Assembly (NCBI GenBank): GCA_003563465.1 | Contig: PWVH01000037.1 | Span: 674 to 64,673, forward strand | Source: Coriobacteriaceae bacterium | GTDB taxonomy: Bacteria > Actinomycetota > Coriobacteriia > Anaerosomatales > SLCP01 | Direction of reading: 5' to 3' | Length of the DNA stretch: 64,000 bases | Part shown: piece by piece, positions 1-9,453 of the stretch | How positions within the stretch are numbered: the stretch's first letter is position 1 | Layout of the letters: each line of letters starts with the position of its first letter | Notes under the pieces: model-generated | Told to the model about the DNA's origin: nothing | Database searches by the model: none | Seen by the model: only the letters and a program-made list of their open reading frames with translations | Translations under genes and position numbers: made by a program

Positions 1-1
1 G

Positions 2-991
2 CCATGCGTACCAGGGTCGGATGGGCCTGTCGATACGGCCGAAGAGGCGATGCTCTTTGCGGAGGAAGCTGGTTTTCCAGTGCTTATCAAGGCTTCTGCA
101 GGTGGTGGCGGCAAGGGCATGCGAATAGTAGAAGATGCTGCCGTGCTGGCCGGTCAGTTCGGCGCTGCGAAGAACGAGGCTGCGGCGGCCTTCGGCAACG
201 ACGCCGTCTACATCGAGCGCTACCTCAAGCGTCCGCGCCACATAGAGATACAGGTGCTAGCCGACACCCATGGCAACGCGGTGCATCTCTTCGAGCGCGA
301 TTGTTCGATACAGCGCCGCCATCAGAAGTTGATCGAGGAAGCGCCGAGCCCCGCACTGACTCCCGAACTGCGCAAAGCGATGGGAGAGGCCGCGTTGCTT
401 GCAGTGCGAGCCGTCGATTACGTAAACGCGGGCACCGTGGAGTTCTTGCTGGATCAGGACGGGTCTTTCTACTTCATGGAGATGAACACTCGCGTTCAAG
501 TCGAGCATCCCGTAACAGAGCAGATCACCGGCGTGGACATCATCAAGGAACAGATTCGCATCGCTTCTGGTGAACCCATGAGACACGCAAACCAGGATTC
601 GTTAGAGCTGCGCGGCCATGCCATCGAGTTCCGCATAAACGCCGAGGATCCCGAGAATGATTTCCGCCCTAATCCCGGCGAAGTCACGGTCTTCAATGCT
701 CCTGGGGGTCTGGGCGTCCGCGTGGACAGCCATCTCTACTCCGGTTACAGAGTCCCTCCTCACTACGATTCGCTGATAGCTAAGCTCATCGTGTGGGGGG
801 AGACACGGGCCGAGGCGGTTGCTAGAGGGCGCCGTGCCCTGGACGAGTTCATCATCGTCGGCATACCGACCACCCTATCTTTTCATCAGGCGGTCATAGA
901 GACCGAAGCATTCGCAGCTGGGGACGTCTATACTGACTTCATAGACGAGCACATGAGCGCGAAGACGGACTCCGGCGGAGGTGAAGCATGA
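2..991 (+). CDS. accC: acetyl-CoA carboxylase biotin carboxylase subunit (5' truncated by window edge)
   Basis: The frame is open from base 2 with no start in the window. The translation (PGSDGPV..FPVLIKASAGGGGKGMRIV..EMNTRVQVEHPVTE) matches ATP-grasp biotin carboxylase. The ORF-track Met at 50 is internal. Confidence 0.93.
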   Translation, partial: PCVPGSDGPVDTAEEAMLFAEEAGFPVLIKASAGGGGKGMRIVEDAAVLAGQFGAAKNEAAAAFGNDAVYIERYLKRPRHIEIQVLADTHGNAVHLFERDCSIQRRHQKLIEEAPSPALTPELRKAMGEAALLAVRAVDYVNAGTVEFLLDQDGSFYFMEMNTRVQVEHPVTEQITGVDIIKEQIRIASGEPMRHANQDSLELRGHAIEFRINAEDPENDFRPNPGEVTVFNAPGGLGVRVDSHLYSGYRVPPHYDSLIAKLIVWGETRAEAVARGRRALDEFIIVGIPTTLSFHQAVIETEAFAAGDVYTDFIDEHMSAKTDSGGGEA

Positions 992-992
992 G

Positions 993-1334
993 ATGACCGA
1001 CGAGATCCGGCTCGAGGGACTTGGTGTGACACCGGGAGTACTCGACACCATAGTCACGCTTGCCGTCCGGGGTATAGACGGCTTAGCCTTCGCTTCCTCA
1101 GGACATGGCATCGGCGGACTCGTGAACCGCGCCTCTGGTAAAGCTGCGGAGTTCACGGTCGACGACGATGGAGCCGTGGCCGTGAAGGTACACATCACTG
1201 TGGTTTACGGCACTCCGTTGATGGATGTGGCTCGAACCGTTCAGGCGGCGATTGCCGATGCGATTCACAGTCAGATCGGCGCGCGCGTCGGTGCGGTCGA
1301 TGTCTACATCGATGATGTCGAGTTCTCCGCGTGA
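993..1334 (+). CDS. Asp23/Gls24-family (alkaline-shock-like) protein
   Basis: 113 aa with an Asp23-like pattern (GVTPGVLDTIV...VAVKVHITVVYG). It sits between accC and nusB, like B. subtilis yqhY. A GGAGGTGA SD lies 9 nt before ATG 993; the ORF-track GTG at 981 lies inside accC. Confidence 0.8.
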   Translation: MTDEIRLEGLGVTPGVLDTIVTLAVRGIDGLAFASSGHGIGGLVNRASGKAAEFTVDDDGAVAVKVHITVVYGTPLMDVARTVQAAIADAIHSQIGARVGAVDVYIDDVEFSA

Positions 1335-1804
1335 GCGTGGATGGTCAAACGGCGTACCCGGCGGACAGGATGCAAGAGCGTAGCAGGTCGCGTCTACAAG
1401 CGTTGCAGATTCTATATCAGGCCGACATCGTGGGAGTGGACGTCTCCTACATCCTCGAGTCCGGCACGTACAACACCGCAGACGGGGAACCTTCCGAATT
1501 CTGTCGCGAACTGCTCCTCGGCACCGAATCTCACAGCAACGAGATCGATGAAGCCATCGGCTCGACGTCGAAACACTGGACTGTCTCGCGCATGCCTCTT
1601 GTGGACCGCAACATCTTGCGTCTAGCGACGTATGAGATACTCTACTGTGATTCCATACCGGTCTCGGTATCGATCAACGAGGCTGTCGAGATGGCGAAGA
1701 CATATGGCGGTGAAGACTCATCTCGATTCGTGAATGGTGTTCTCGGCCGGATCGCCGAGACGTTCGGAAGCGAGAAAGGCGGGGACTCCGAGGCGGATGA
1801 ATGA
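1331..1804 (+). CDS. nusB: transcription antitermination factor NusB
   Basis: 157 aa with RSRLQALQILYQ, RNILRLATYEILY and INEAVEMAK..FVNGVLG motifs. The GTG start overlaps the asp23 stop (GTGA). ATG 1370 is an alternative start. Confidence 0.9.
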   Translation: MSVDGQTAYPADRMQERSRSRLQALQILYQADIVGVDVSYILESGTYNTADGEPSEFCRELLLGTESHSNEIDEAIGSTSKHWTVSRMPLVDRNILRLATYEILYCDSIPVSVSINEAVEMAKTYGGEDSSRFVNGVLGRIAETFGSEKGGDSEADE

Positions 1805-2114
1805 CGAACGATACACGTTCGCGGAGGCGCGCACACGTCTCGAAGAGATCGTGACGCAGGTGCGCAAGAAGGACACATCGTTAGAGAAGAGCCTCGATCT
1901 GCTGGAAGAAGGGGTACACCTCGCGAACGTCTGCACCGAACTCTCCGAGAATACCGAGTGGGATACGATCGTCGACGGAGAGCTCTCGGAGGGCCCCAAG
2001 AGCGAGGAGGATAGCAACGAAGGCTCAGGTCCAAGCAGCGACATCCAGGCCTTTCAAGATGGATCGCCTGATGGAGTCGACCGGCCAGCGGACGGGACTA
2101 TCCAGGAGACGTGA
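1797..2114 (+). CDS. xseB: exodeoxyribonuclease VII small subunit with an acidic C-terminal extension
   Basis: ATG 1797 overlaps the nusB stop (ATGAATGA). The N-terminal ~60 aa (FAEARTRLEEIVTQV..LEKSLDLLEEGVHLANVC) form the XseB helical hairpin. The ORF-track start at 1734 is rejected because it lies inside nusB. Confidence 0.85.
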   Translation: MNDERYTFAEARTRLEEIVTQVRKKDTSLEKSLDLLEEGVHLANVCTELSENTEWDTIVDGELSEGPKSEEDSNEGSGPSSDIQAFQDGSPDGVDRPADGTIQET

Positions 2115-2216
2115 GCTTGTGGCTGCGCGTTCGAGAGTCCTCTCGCTCGGGTCCCTGGGCCGCAACATCATCCGTCGAGAGTCTCGGCCTGCGTTGCGAG
2201 TTCGTGAGCAAAGCAC

Positions 2217-4193
2217 GTGGGAGATGATCGCCTCTTGAGCGATAAGCGAATCTTAGATTGCATCGACTCGCCGGAGGAGCTCCGCGGTCTTTCTGACAGC
2301 GCGCTCGAGCGGCTGGCAGCCGAGATTCGCGACACGTTGGTTGCCACAGTGGCTATGACGGGCGGACATCTCGCGCCTAACCTCGGTGTGGTGGAGTTGA
2401 CTATAGGGCTTCACCTGGGGTTGCACTGTCCCGAGGATAGGATTATCTGGGATGTCGGGCATCAATCCTACGTGCACAAGCTTCTGACGGGGCGGCGGGC
2501 TCATTTCGACACGCTGCGTCAGTACGGAGGCCTGTGCGGTTTCCCGAAACGTAGCGAGAGCGAATACGACTGCTTCGACACGGGACACGCGTCGAACTCC
2601 CTTTCGGTAGCCTTGGGGATAGCTCTGGCACGAGATGCCGTCGGGGGTGATGAGACTGTCTGCGCGGTCATCGGCGACGGGTCGATGACAGGCGGTATGG
2701 CCTTCGAGGCTCTAAACCACATCGGACATCTCGGCACACGTCTGGTGATAGTTCTCAACGATAACGACATGTCCATAGCACAGAACGTCGGGGCCCTGGC
2801 AGGCTACCTAGCCCGTGTACGTCTGGATCCCAGATACATTTCTCTTCGCGACGACGTGGAGAGCGCCTTGGCGCGTACAAAGCTGGGCGCGGCTGTGGTG
2901 GCTGCCGGAGAGGCGGCAAAGGAATCGTTCAAGCAACTGCTAGTGCCCGGCATGCTCTTCGAGGAACTAGGTCACAAGTATGTGGGACCCATAGACGGGC
3001 ACGATATCCGCGCGGTGGAATCAGCGGTGGCCCGTGCGGCAAGGGTCGATGGCCCTGTGATCATCCATGCCGTCACCCGTAAGGGCGCTGGCTACGCGTA
3101 TGCGGAGGACAAGCCGGACACCTTTCACGGCATCAGCCCATTCGAGATAGCAACCGGCAAGGTGAACGGTTCAGGCGGACCGGTCTCCTACACCGAGGCC
3201 TTCAGCAGGGCACTTCTACTCGAGGCGGAGCGAGACGATCGAATCGTCGCCATAACTGCGGCTATGCCCTCGGGCACTGGACTGGACGCTTTCGCGGCCA
3301 CGTTTCCCGATCGGTTCTTCGATGTCGGCATAGCGGAGCAGCATGCCGTTGGACTCGCTGCAGGGCTGGCGCTAGGCGGACGAGTGCCCGTGGTGGCCAT
3401 CTACTCGACGTTCCTGCAGCGGGCTTACGATCAGTTGATCATGGATGTCGCGCTACAGAACCACCATGTCGTCTTCTGTCTCGATCGTGCCGGACTGGTG
3501 GGCGAAGACGGTCCGACCCACCACGGGGTGTTCGACCTGACCTATCTACGCTCGATTCCGAACCTGATGATCATGGCTCCGGCAGACGAAGCCGAACTCA
3601 CGCATATGCTGCACACGGCTCTCGCCGCCGACGGCCCTATCGCCCTTCGCTATCCCAGGGGAAGCGGACTGGGTGTCCCGGCTCCCCAGCAACCGGTCGT
3701 ACTTGAGGCGGGCAAGGCCGAAGTGCGTCGAAGCGGAGAGGACGTGGCCTTGCTGGCTGCGGGTCGAATGGTCGGAGCCTCCGAGGCGGCAGCTGACCTT
3801 CTGGCTGCGGATGGGGTCACCGCGAGTGTGGTCAACCTGCGTTGGATCAAACCGCTGGACCTCGAAACGGTCTCGTGGGCTGCTGCGAATCACAAACTCC
3901 TGGTGACCATTGAAGAGAACACCGGTCTCGGTGGTGTTGGCGCCGCAGTCCTGGAGGGCCTGTCCGATCTGGCCATGGATGCACCGGTACTGCGCCTTTC
4001 TGTTCCTGATTGTTTCGTGACCCACGGTGCAATGGACAAGCTGCTTGCCGAGGTGGGACTCACTGCTGATGGAATCAGAGGAGCGGTACTCGGCCGGCTT
4101 TCCGATCTTCTCGTCGAGCCTTCTGCTGAGTCGCCCATGCCGGTGGAGGATAGTGCCGATGAGAAGGCAACGAGCCGACGTCGTCCTCACTGA
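2217..4193 (+). CDS. dxs: 1-deoxy-D-xylulose-5-phosphate synthase
   Basis: 658 aa with the ThDP-binding motif GDGSMTGGMAFEALN and a transketolase-like pyrimidine-binding and C-terminal domain. The position matches the Bacillus xseB-(ispA)-dxs-tlyA order. The start may be GTG 2217 or TTG 2235. Confidence 0.95.
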   Translation: MGDDRLLSDKRILDCIDSPEELRGLSDSALERLAAEIRDTLVATVAMTGGHLAPNLGVVELTIGLHLGLHCPEDRIIWDVGHQSYVHKLLTGRRAHFDTLRQYGGLCGFPKRSESEYDCFDTGHASNSLSVALGIALARDAVGGDETVCAVIGDGSMTGGMAFEALNHIGHLGTRLVIVLNDNDMSIAQNVGALAGYLARVRLDPRYISLRDDVESALARTKLGAAVVAAGEAAKESFKQLLVPGMLFEELGHKYVGPIDGHDIRAVESAVARAARVDGPVIIHAVTRKGAGYAYAEDKPDTFHGISPFEIATGKVNGSGGPVSYTEAFSRALLLEAERDDRIVAITAAMPSGTGLDAFAATFPDRFFDVGIAEQHAVGLAAGLALGGRVPVVAIYSTFLQRAYDQLIMDVALQNHHVVFCLDRAGLVGEDGPTHHGVFDLTYLRSIPNLMIMAPADEAELTHMLHTALAADGPIALRYPRGSGLGVPAPQQPVVLEAGKAEVRRSGEDVALLAAGRMVGASEAAADLLAADGVTASVVNLRWIKPLDLETVSWAAANHKLLVTIEENTGLGGVGAAVLEGLSDLAMDAPVLRLSVPDCFVTHGAMDKLLAEVGLTADGIRGAVLGRLSDLLVEPSAESPMPVEDSADEKATSRRRPH

Positions 4194-4953
4194 GCGGGGC
4201 GTCTTCTCCTCGCGTCAGCGTGCGCGAGCTGCGATCATGGCAGGCGAGGTACGGATCGGCGGCAAACCGGTGCTCAAGGCCGGCGAGATGGTCGAGCCCG
4301 AAGCAAAGGTCGAGGTGGTGGACAGCCTCCGGTATGTCTCACGCGGAGGCCATAAGCTCGCGGCTGCTCTGGAGGTCTTCGGGTTGAGTGTCGCCGGAAT
4401 GCGGGCCGTGGACGTCGGGGCTTCCACAGGCGGGTTCACCGACTGTCTGCTGCAAGACGGCGCTGCCGAGGTAGTGGCAATAGATGTCGGCTACGGACAG
4501 CTGGCCTGGGAGATACGTCAAGATGATCGCGTCTTGGTATTCGAGCGGACCAACATCCGTGAGGTGGTTCCAGAGGTCGTAGGAGCCCCCTTCGACCTTG
4601 CCGCGGTGGATGTGTCCTTCATAGGACTGTCGAAGGTCTTGCCACACGTATGTCGCCTATTGGGCGAGAAAGGCCAGCTTCTAGCTCTGGTAAAGCCACA
4701 GTTCGAAGCGGGTAAGAGTCGTGTGGGAAAAAAGGGCGTTGTGCGTGACCCCCAGGCTCACGTGCAGGTGTTGCGTGGAGTCGCAAAGGTCGCCGAAGAG
4801 CAAGGCTTGATAGTGAGAGGGATGACGTGGTCGCCACTGACCGGTCCTGCGGGTAACATCGAGTTCTGGTTGTGGGCTGCGCGCGAGGGGACTCGCATGC
4901 AGCCAGATCCCGAGGAGATCGTGTTGCAGGCTCACGCCGAGTTAGGGGAGTGA
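4159..4953 (+). CDS. tlyA: TlyA-family rRNA 2'-O-methyltransferase (S4 domain + FtsJ-like MTase)
   Basis: Contains an S4 domain (RADVVLTERGVFSSRQRA) and a SAM-binding site (VDVGASTGGFTDCLL). ATG 4159 was chosen; the ORF-track start at 4027 lies deep inside dxs. Confidence 0.88.
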   Translation: MRRQRADVVLTERGVFSSRQRARAAIMAGEVRIGGKPVLKAGEMVEPEAKVEVVDSLRYVSRGGHKLAAALEVFGLSVAGMRAVDVGASTGGFTDCLLQDGAAEVVAIDVGYGQLAWEIRQDDRVLVFERTNIREVVPEVVGAPFDLAAVDVSFIGLSKVLPHVCRLLGEKGQLLALVKPQFEAGKSRVGKKGVVRDPQAHVQVLRGVAKVAEEQGLIVRGMTWSPLTGPAGNIEFWLWAAREGTRMQPDPEEIVLQAHAELGE

Positions 4954-4957
4954 TAGA

Positions 4958-5806
4958 GTGCGGGTTCTCCTGGTACCGAATACCGCCAATCCGGCGTCGC
5001 TTGACGCCGCGTCGGAACTGGCATCGTGGCTTGTGGTGTCAGGCGTGGAGCCGGTTCTGGCTTCGGAGGATGCGAGCGAGTGTGGCCTCGAGGAACACAG
5101 CGCGTCTCCCAGCGACATAGGGAAGCCAATTCTGGCAGTGGCCCTCGGCGGAGACGGGACCATTCTCAAGACGGTTCACCTACTGGGGGAGGCAGAGGTT
5201 CCGATCCTCGGCGTGAACCTAGGGAGACTGGGCTTCATGGCCGGCACGGGAGCCGAGCGTGTGCGGGAAGCGGTTGAGGCCGCGCTGGCGGGGGAGGGGC
5301 GGATTGAGCGTCGTAGAACACTGGCGGTCTCGGTCTCGGCCGGAGGCCGGGAGACAAGTCGGTATCGCGCGCTCAACGAAGTCTACGTAGGCCGCGGGAC
5401 TTCGATGCGTGTGGTGGACTTGGAGCTTTCCGTCAACGGCACCTTGGTGTCGCGACTCCGTTGTGACGGTATCATCGTCGCAACCGCGACCGGTTCGACC
5501 GCCTACGCGCTGTCGGCAGGGGGCCCGATCGTGTCTCCCGATCTCGAGTCAATGGTGGTTGTCCACGTCGCACCGCATGCATTGGCATCGCGCGCACTAG
5601 TGCTAGGTGCTTCTGACCGAGTGGACGTGCGCCTGCCGAATCCTGCTCGCAGGGACGCATGCTTATCGGTCGACGGCACGCTCGTAGATGACCTTGCCGA
5701 CATAGAATCAGTGACGATGGTGCTCGGCGAGTACGATGTCTTGCTGATCAGGCTTGAGGGCCGCGACTTCTATGAGGTCGTCCGATCCGAGTTCTTGCGA
5801 GGATGA
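4958..5806 (+). CDS. nadK: NAD kinase
   Basis: 282 aa with the GGDGTILK, NLGRLGFM and ATATGSTAYALSAGGPI motifs. Confidence 0.92.
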   Translation: MRVLLVPNTANPASLDAASELASWLVVSGVEPVLASEDASECGLEEHSASPSDIGKPILAVALGGDGTILKTVHLLGEAEVPILGVNLGRLGFMAGTGAERVREAVEAALAGEGRIERRRTLAVSVSAGGRETSRYRALNEVYVGRGTSMRVVDLELSVNGTLVSRLRCDGIIVATATGSTAYALSAGGPIVSPDLESMVVVHVAPHALASRALVLGASDRVDVRLPNPARRDACLSVDGTLVDDLADIESVTMVLGEYDVLLIRLEGRDFYEVVRSEFLRG

Positions 5807-7452
5807 CCGTGCTGGAAGAGCTTCATGTCACAAACCTCGCGCTAATCGAGGATGTCTGGATCGGATTCGATTCCGGCATGACTGTTCTTACCGGTGAGAC
5901 GGGCACGGGCAAGACCGCGCTCGTCGGTGCGCTCAAGTTGCTCGTAGGCGAGCGGGCGGATTCGACTATGGTGCGGTCCGGATCAGCCGAGGCGGTAGTG
6001 GAAGGCCGTTTCGTCGTAGGCGGGTCGGAGATGGTGGCCCAGCGACGCGTGACAGCCGACGGCCGCTCTCGATGCGTACTCGACGGCGAGATGGTGACGG
6101 TGACCGTTCTTGGCGAGAGACTCGGCCCGATCGTGGATTTGCACGGGCAGCACGAGCATCAGTCCCTGCTATCTCCGTCCAGTCATGCGCACTATCTCGA
6201 TCGTTCGATAGGAGAACCGGCTCTGGAGGCGTTGGAGGAGTACCGGAGTGCTCGTGCAGAGCATGACGAAGCGGCGGCTGAGTTGGATCATGCCGAGACG
6301 GCCCTGGCTGACGCGATGCAGCATGCGGAGCACCTGCGGTTCGTGATCGGTGAGATAGAAGCTCTAGATCCGCGCCCCGGCGAGGACGAAGAACTCGAAC
6401 TGAGGCTCCCGGCACTTACGCACGCAGAGCGGCTCTTAGAAGCGGCTTGGGCGCTTTGCGATGCGCTCAGAGGAGAAGGAGGAGCGGGTGAGGTCCTGGC
6501 ATCTGCAATTGTCTCGCTGGAGCGGTCGAAAGGATTGGATCCCACACTCGACTCTTTGTCGGAGCGCGCCGAGGCTCTCTTCGCCGAGATCGATGACTTG
6601 GGCACGGAGGCGCGTTCTTACGCTGAATCCGTCGAGCACGACCCGCAGACACTCGATGAAGTACATGCGCGGCTGGCAAGCCTTTCGGGACTCAAGAAGA
6701 AATATGGTCCGGCACTGGATGGCGTGTTGGCGACGCTTGGAGATGCTCGCAGACGATCGGCAGCCATCGAGACGGGCGATGTCATCGTGCGAAACGGACA
6801 GAAGCGTCTGAATGCAGCTCGCGAGCGGCTAAGGCTCGCGGCATCTCGGCTTTCCGAGACGCGGCGCGAAGCAGTCGGCGCTTTCACCGATTCGTTGGCG
6901 ACAGCGGCGAGCGAACTGAATATGGCAGGTGCTCGCTTCGATGTAGTCTTTACCGAGCTGCCCTTCTCCTCTTGGGGTCTTAGCGGCTCCGAAAGGGTAG
7001 AGTTCTGCTTCTCGCCTGCAGAAGGAGAGCCTGCGCGCCCACTGACAAAGATCGTGTCTGGTGGCGAGTTGTCCAGAGTGATGCTTGCGCTCAAGAGCGT
7101 GCTAGGGGATGCAGACGATGTACCAGTACTGGTCTTTGACGAAGTGGACGCTGGCATAGGTGGTGTGACCGGTTTGACCGTGGGTGAAAGACTCGCCAGT
7201 CTTGCCTCGGGCCACCAGGTTCTCGTCGTGACGCATCTTGCTCAGGTCGCGGCGTTCGCCGACAGACATTTGGCGGTGGGCAGACGTGAGGTTGACGGGC
7301 GCACGGTGACGGTCGTAGAGGCGGTGGAAGGTCCGAATCGAGTCGCCGAGATCGCCCGTATGCTATCCGGCAGAGACAGCGAAGCGAGCCTGACTCACGC
7401 CCAGGAACTCCTTGCCCAGGTCAGGAAGGCAGCGGGTAGGGTGGGCGCATGA
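5803..7452 (+). CDS. recN: DNA repair protein RecN
   Basis: 549 aa with Walker A (GETGTGKTA), a long coiled-coil middle and the SMC-type signature SGGELSRVMLAL. It has 4-nt start/stop overlaps with both neighbours. Confidence 0.93.
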   Translation: MTVLEELHVTNLALIEDVWIGFDSGMTVLTGETGTGKTALVGALKLLVGERADSTMVRSGSAEAVVEGRFVVGGSEMVAQRRVTADGRSRCVLDGEMVTVTVLGERLGPIVDLHGQHEHQSLLSPSSHAHYLDRSIGEPALEALEEYRSARAEHDEAAAELDHAETALADAMQHAEHLRFVIGEIEALDPRPGEDEELELRLPALTHAERLLEAAWALCDALRGEGGAGEVLASAIVSLERSKGLDPTLDSLSERAEALFAEIDDLGTEARSYAESVEHDPQTLDEVHARLASLSGLKKKYGPALDGVLATLGDARRRSAAIETGDVIVRNGQKRLNAARERLRLAASRLSETRREAVGAFTDSLATAASELNMAGARFDVVFTELPFSSWGLSGSERVEFCFSPAEGEPARPLTKIVSGGELSRVMLALKSVLGDADDVPVLVFDEVDAGIGGVTGLTVGERLASLASGHQVLVVTHLAQVAAFADRHLAVGRREVDGRTVTVVEAVEGPNRVAEIARMLSGRDSEASLTHAQELLAQVRKAAGRVGA

Positions 7453-8570
7453 GATATCGGGGGACCGCCCGTCTCGACAAGCGTACAAAGGACCTCATCA
7501 ACCGTCTTGGCAAAGACGACATCGCCATCATCGACCATGTCGACATGGATCGAGTGAGCGCCGAGGGCCTACTTGATACGGGTGTCGAAGTGGTGGTGAA
7601 TGCATCTCCATCCATTTCCGGCATGTATCCGAATGTGGGTCCTTTGCTGCTCGCTCGAGCCGGCGTGCAGATTCTCGATGCAGTCGGTCCCGAGGTGTTC
7701 GAGCGTGTTCGCGAAGGCGATCAGGTGGAGGTAGTCGGTGGTGATTTGCTGCGCGACGGAAGTATCGTGGCCTCCGGCGTTCGACTGACGGTAAGCTCGA
7801 TCGCAGAGGCCATGGAGGTCGCCAAGAGCGGCATCGGGGAACAACTCGATCGTTTCGCACGCAATACCTTAGCTTTTCTAGAGAAAGAGAAGGTGCTGCT
7901 CGCCGAGGGAGTCGGCGTTCCTCAGGTGCGTACGCCCATCAGCGGACGTCACGTGCTTGTAGTGGTCAGGGGCTATGACTACCGTGAGGACCTCGAGACA
8001 CTCAAGCCTTACATACGCGAGGTTCGACCAGTGCTGATCGGTGTGGACGGGGGAGCCGATGCGATTCGAGAGGCTGGTTTCTCACCGGACATAGTCGTGG
8101 GCGATATGGACTCGGTCAGCGATGAGATGCTTACCAGCGGGGTGGAGATCGTAGCTCACGCGTATCCGGACGGGCGATCTCCGGCAAAAGAGCGTCTCGA
8201 CAGACTCGGGTTGGATGCGACCTCTTGGGCAATCGGGGCAACGAGCGAAGATCTCGCGCTGCTGCTTGCCTACGAGTCCGGAGCGGATCTGATAGTGGCT
8301 GTGGGGACCCATGCTAACCTCATGGAGTATCTAGACAAGGGGCGCAAAGGTATGGCGTCGACGTTCCTCGTGCGTCTGAAGGTCGGCCCCAAGCTCGTCG
8401 ATGCCAAGGGCGTCAGCAAGCTCTACCGTACTTCTGTAGGCCCGGCCGACCTAGTTCTACTGGCTGGCGCGGCTGTTTTGGTCGTGTCAGTGGTGATCAC
8501 CATATCGCCCATGGCCCGCACGATGATCGGTTTGGTGCTGCTGCGTCTGAGGGCCTGGATAGGCATTTGA
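7449..8570 (+). CDS. steA: SteA-like putative cytokinetic ring protein
   Basis: 373 aa with an N-terminal RGTARLDKRTKDL..DIAIIDHVDMD segment and a C-terminal TM helix. It lies directly after recN, like C. glutamicum steA and M. tuberculosis Rv1697. Confidence 0.75.
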   Translation: MRYRGTARLDKRTKDLINRLGKDDIAIIDHVDMDRVSAEGLLDTGVEVVVNASPSISGMYPNVGPLLLARAGVQILDAVGPEVFERVREGDQVEVVGGDLLRDGSIVASGVRLTVSSIAEAMEVAKSGIGEQLDRFARNTLAFLEKEKVLLAEGVGVPQVRTPISGRHVLVVVRGYDYREDLETLKPYIREVRPVLIGVDGGADAIREAGFSPDIVVGDMDSVSDEMLTSGVEIVAHAYPDGRSPAKERLDRLGLDATSWAIGATSEDLALLLAYESGADLIVAVGTHANLMEYLDKGRKGMASTFLVRLKVGPKLVDAKGVSKLYRTSVGPADLVLLAGAAVLVVSVVITISPMARTMIGLVLLRLRAWIGI

Positions 8571-8595
8571 TGGCTTTTCTTGTGAGGAGTCGAGG

Positions 8596-9438
8596 ATGTA
8601 CAACCTCAGATACCATATCGCCTCGCTGGTCGCTGTATTTCTCTCGCTGTCCATAGGGCTATTGCTCGGAACCATAGTGGTGGAAAGAGGAACGCTCGAT
8701 CGCCAGAAAGAAGCTATCGTCAGAAGCTTGCAAGACGAGTTCCGCACACTGGACGAGGCCAACCGAGAGCTTCAGGCGGCGTTGACATCGCAAGAGGATC
8801 TCGTGGGGACGTTGGTTCCGCTGGTGGTTGAAGGCGAGCTCGAAGGTAGCCCCGTGCTGGTGCTGGCCAGCGCCGGCAGAGCGGATGGCCTCTCCGCAGT
8901 AAACGAGGCCATAGTGCTAGCAGGCGGGATACCGGTCACCATGATGCTCTCGGCGCCTGATTTCGGCTTGGAAGACCCGGCGGTTTCAGAAGTGATGAGC
9001 GATCTGGTAGGACCGGTCGATGAGACTGCCATCATGGCAAGCGTGGTTGAGACGCTGACTTCTGAATGGAGCACCTCAGTGCCCGGCCGGCCACTGACCG
9101 ATGTGCTGTCGGAGGCAGGGGTATTCACCATCGACGGCGATCCTGGTGCAGAGACGCCTGTCGGTGCGGTGGTGGTGCTTGCATCTTTCGCGGGGGAGCC
9201 GGATTCCGGAGCGCTATCGTTCGCTCGTTCGCTTGCGGATTCGGGTCTGCCGGCAGTAGGAGTGGAGGCTGTCACTCGATCCACCGGTGTCGCGGACGCA
9301 GCGATAGAGCTGGGCCTTTCGACGGTCGACAGCATGGGAATGCCGGAGGGCACTTACTCCCTGGTCTGGGTGTTATCGGGTCGAGCCAGCGGCTCTTTCG
9401 GCTACAGGGAGGGCGCGCAGGCACCCTGGCCACGCTGA
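8596..9438 (+). CDS. SteB/MctB-family membrane-anchored protein ('copper transporter' family)
   Basis: 280 aa with an N-terminal TM helix (IASLVAVFLSLSIGLLLGTIVV) followed by a coiled segment. It lies directly after steA, the position equivalent to Rv1698. Confidence 0.65.
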   Translation: MYNLRYHIASLVAVFLSLSIGLLLGTIVVERGTLDRQKEAIVRSLQDEFRTLDEANRELQAALTSQEDLVGTLVPLVVEGELEGSPVLVLASAGRADGLSAVNEAIVLAGGIPVTMMLSAPDFGLEDPAVSEVMSDLVGPVDETAIMASVVETLTSEWSTSVPGRPLTDVLSEAGVFTIDGDPGAETPVGAVVVLASFAGEPDSGALSFARSLADSGLPAVGVEAVTRSTGVADAAIELGLSTVDSMGMPEGTYSLVWVLSGRASGSFGYREGAQAPWPR

Positions 9439-9453
9439 GCCGGCATGAGGCGT

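Noticed and set aside
3546-4190. 214-aa minus-strand ORF antisense to the dxs 3' end. Similar long antisense ORFs occur at 6618-7157, 8772-9353, 18483-19079, 29019-29723, 32279-32986, 34750-35472, 37708-38367, 41324-41956, 48325-48939 and 49932-50690.
   Set aside because: Each lies wholly inside a confidently identified plus-strand gene. They have Arg/Ser/Pro/Ala-rich low-complexity translations typical of shadow frames in high-GC DNA, and no SD or recognisable motifs.
4159-4953. TlyA as a 'hemolysin' or virulence factor.
   Set aside because: The domain make-up (S4 plus FtsJ-type SAM methyltransferase) and the housekeeping context indicate the rRNA 2'-O-methyltransferase role. Nothing here suggests a toxin locus.
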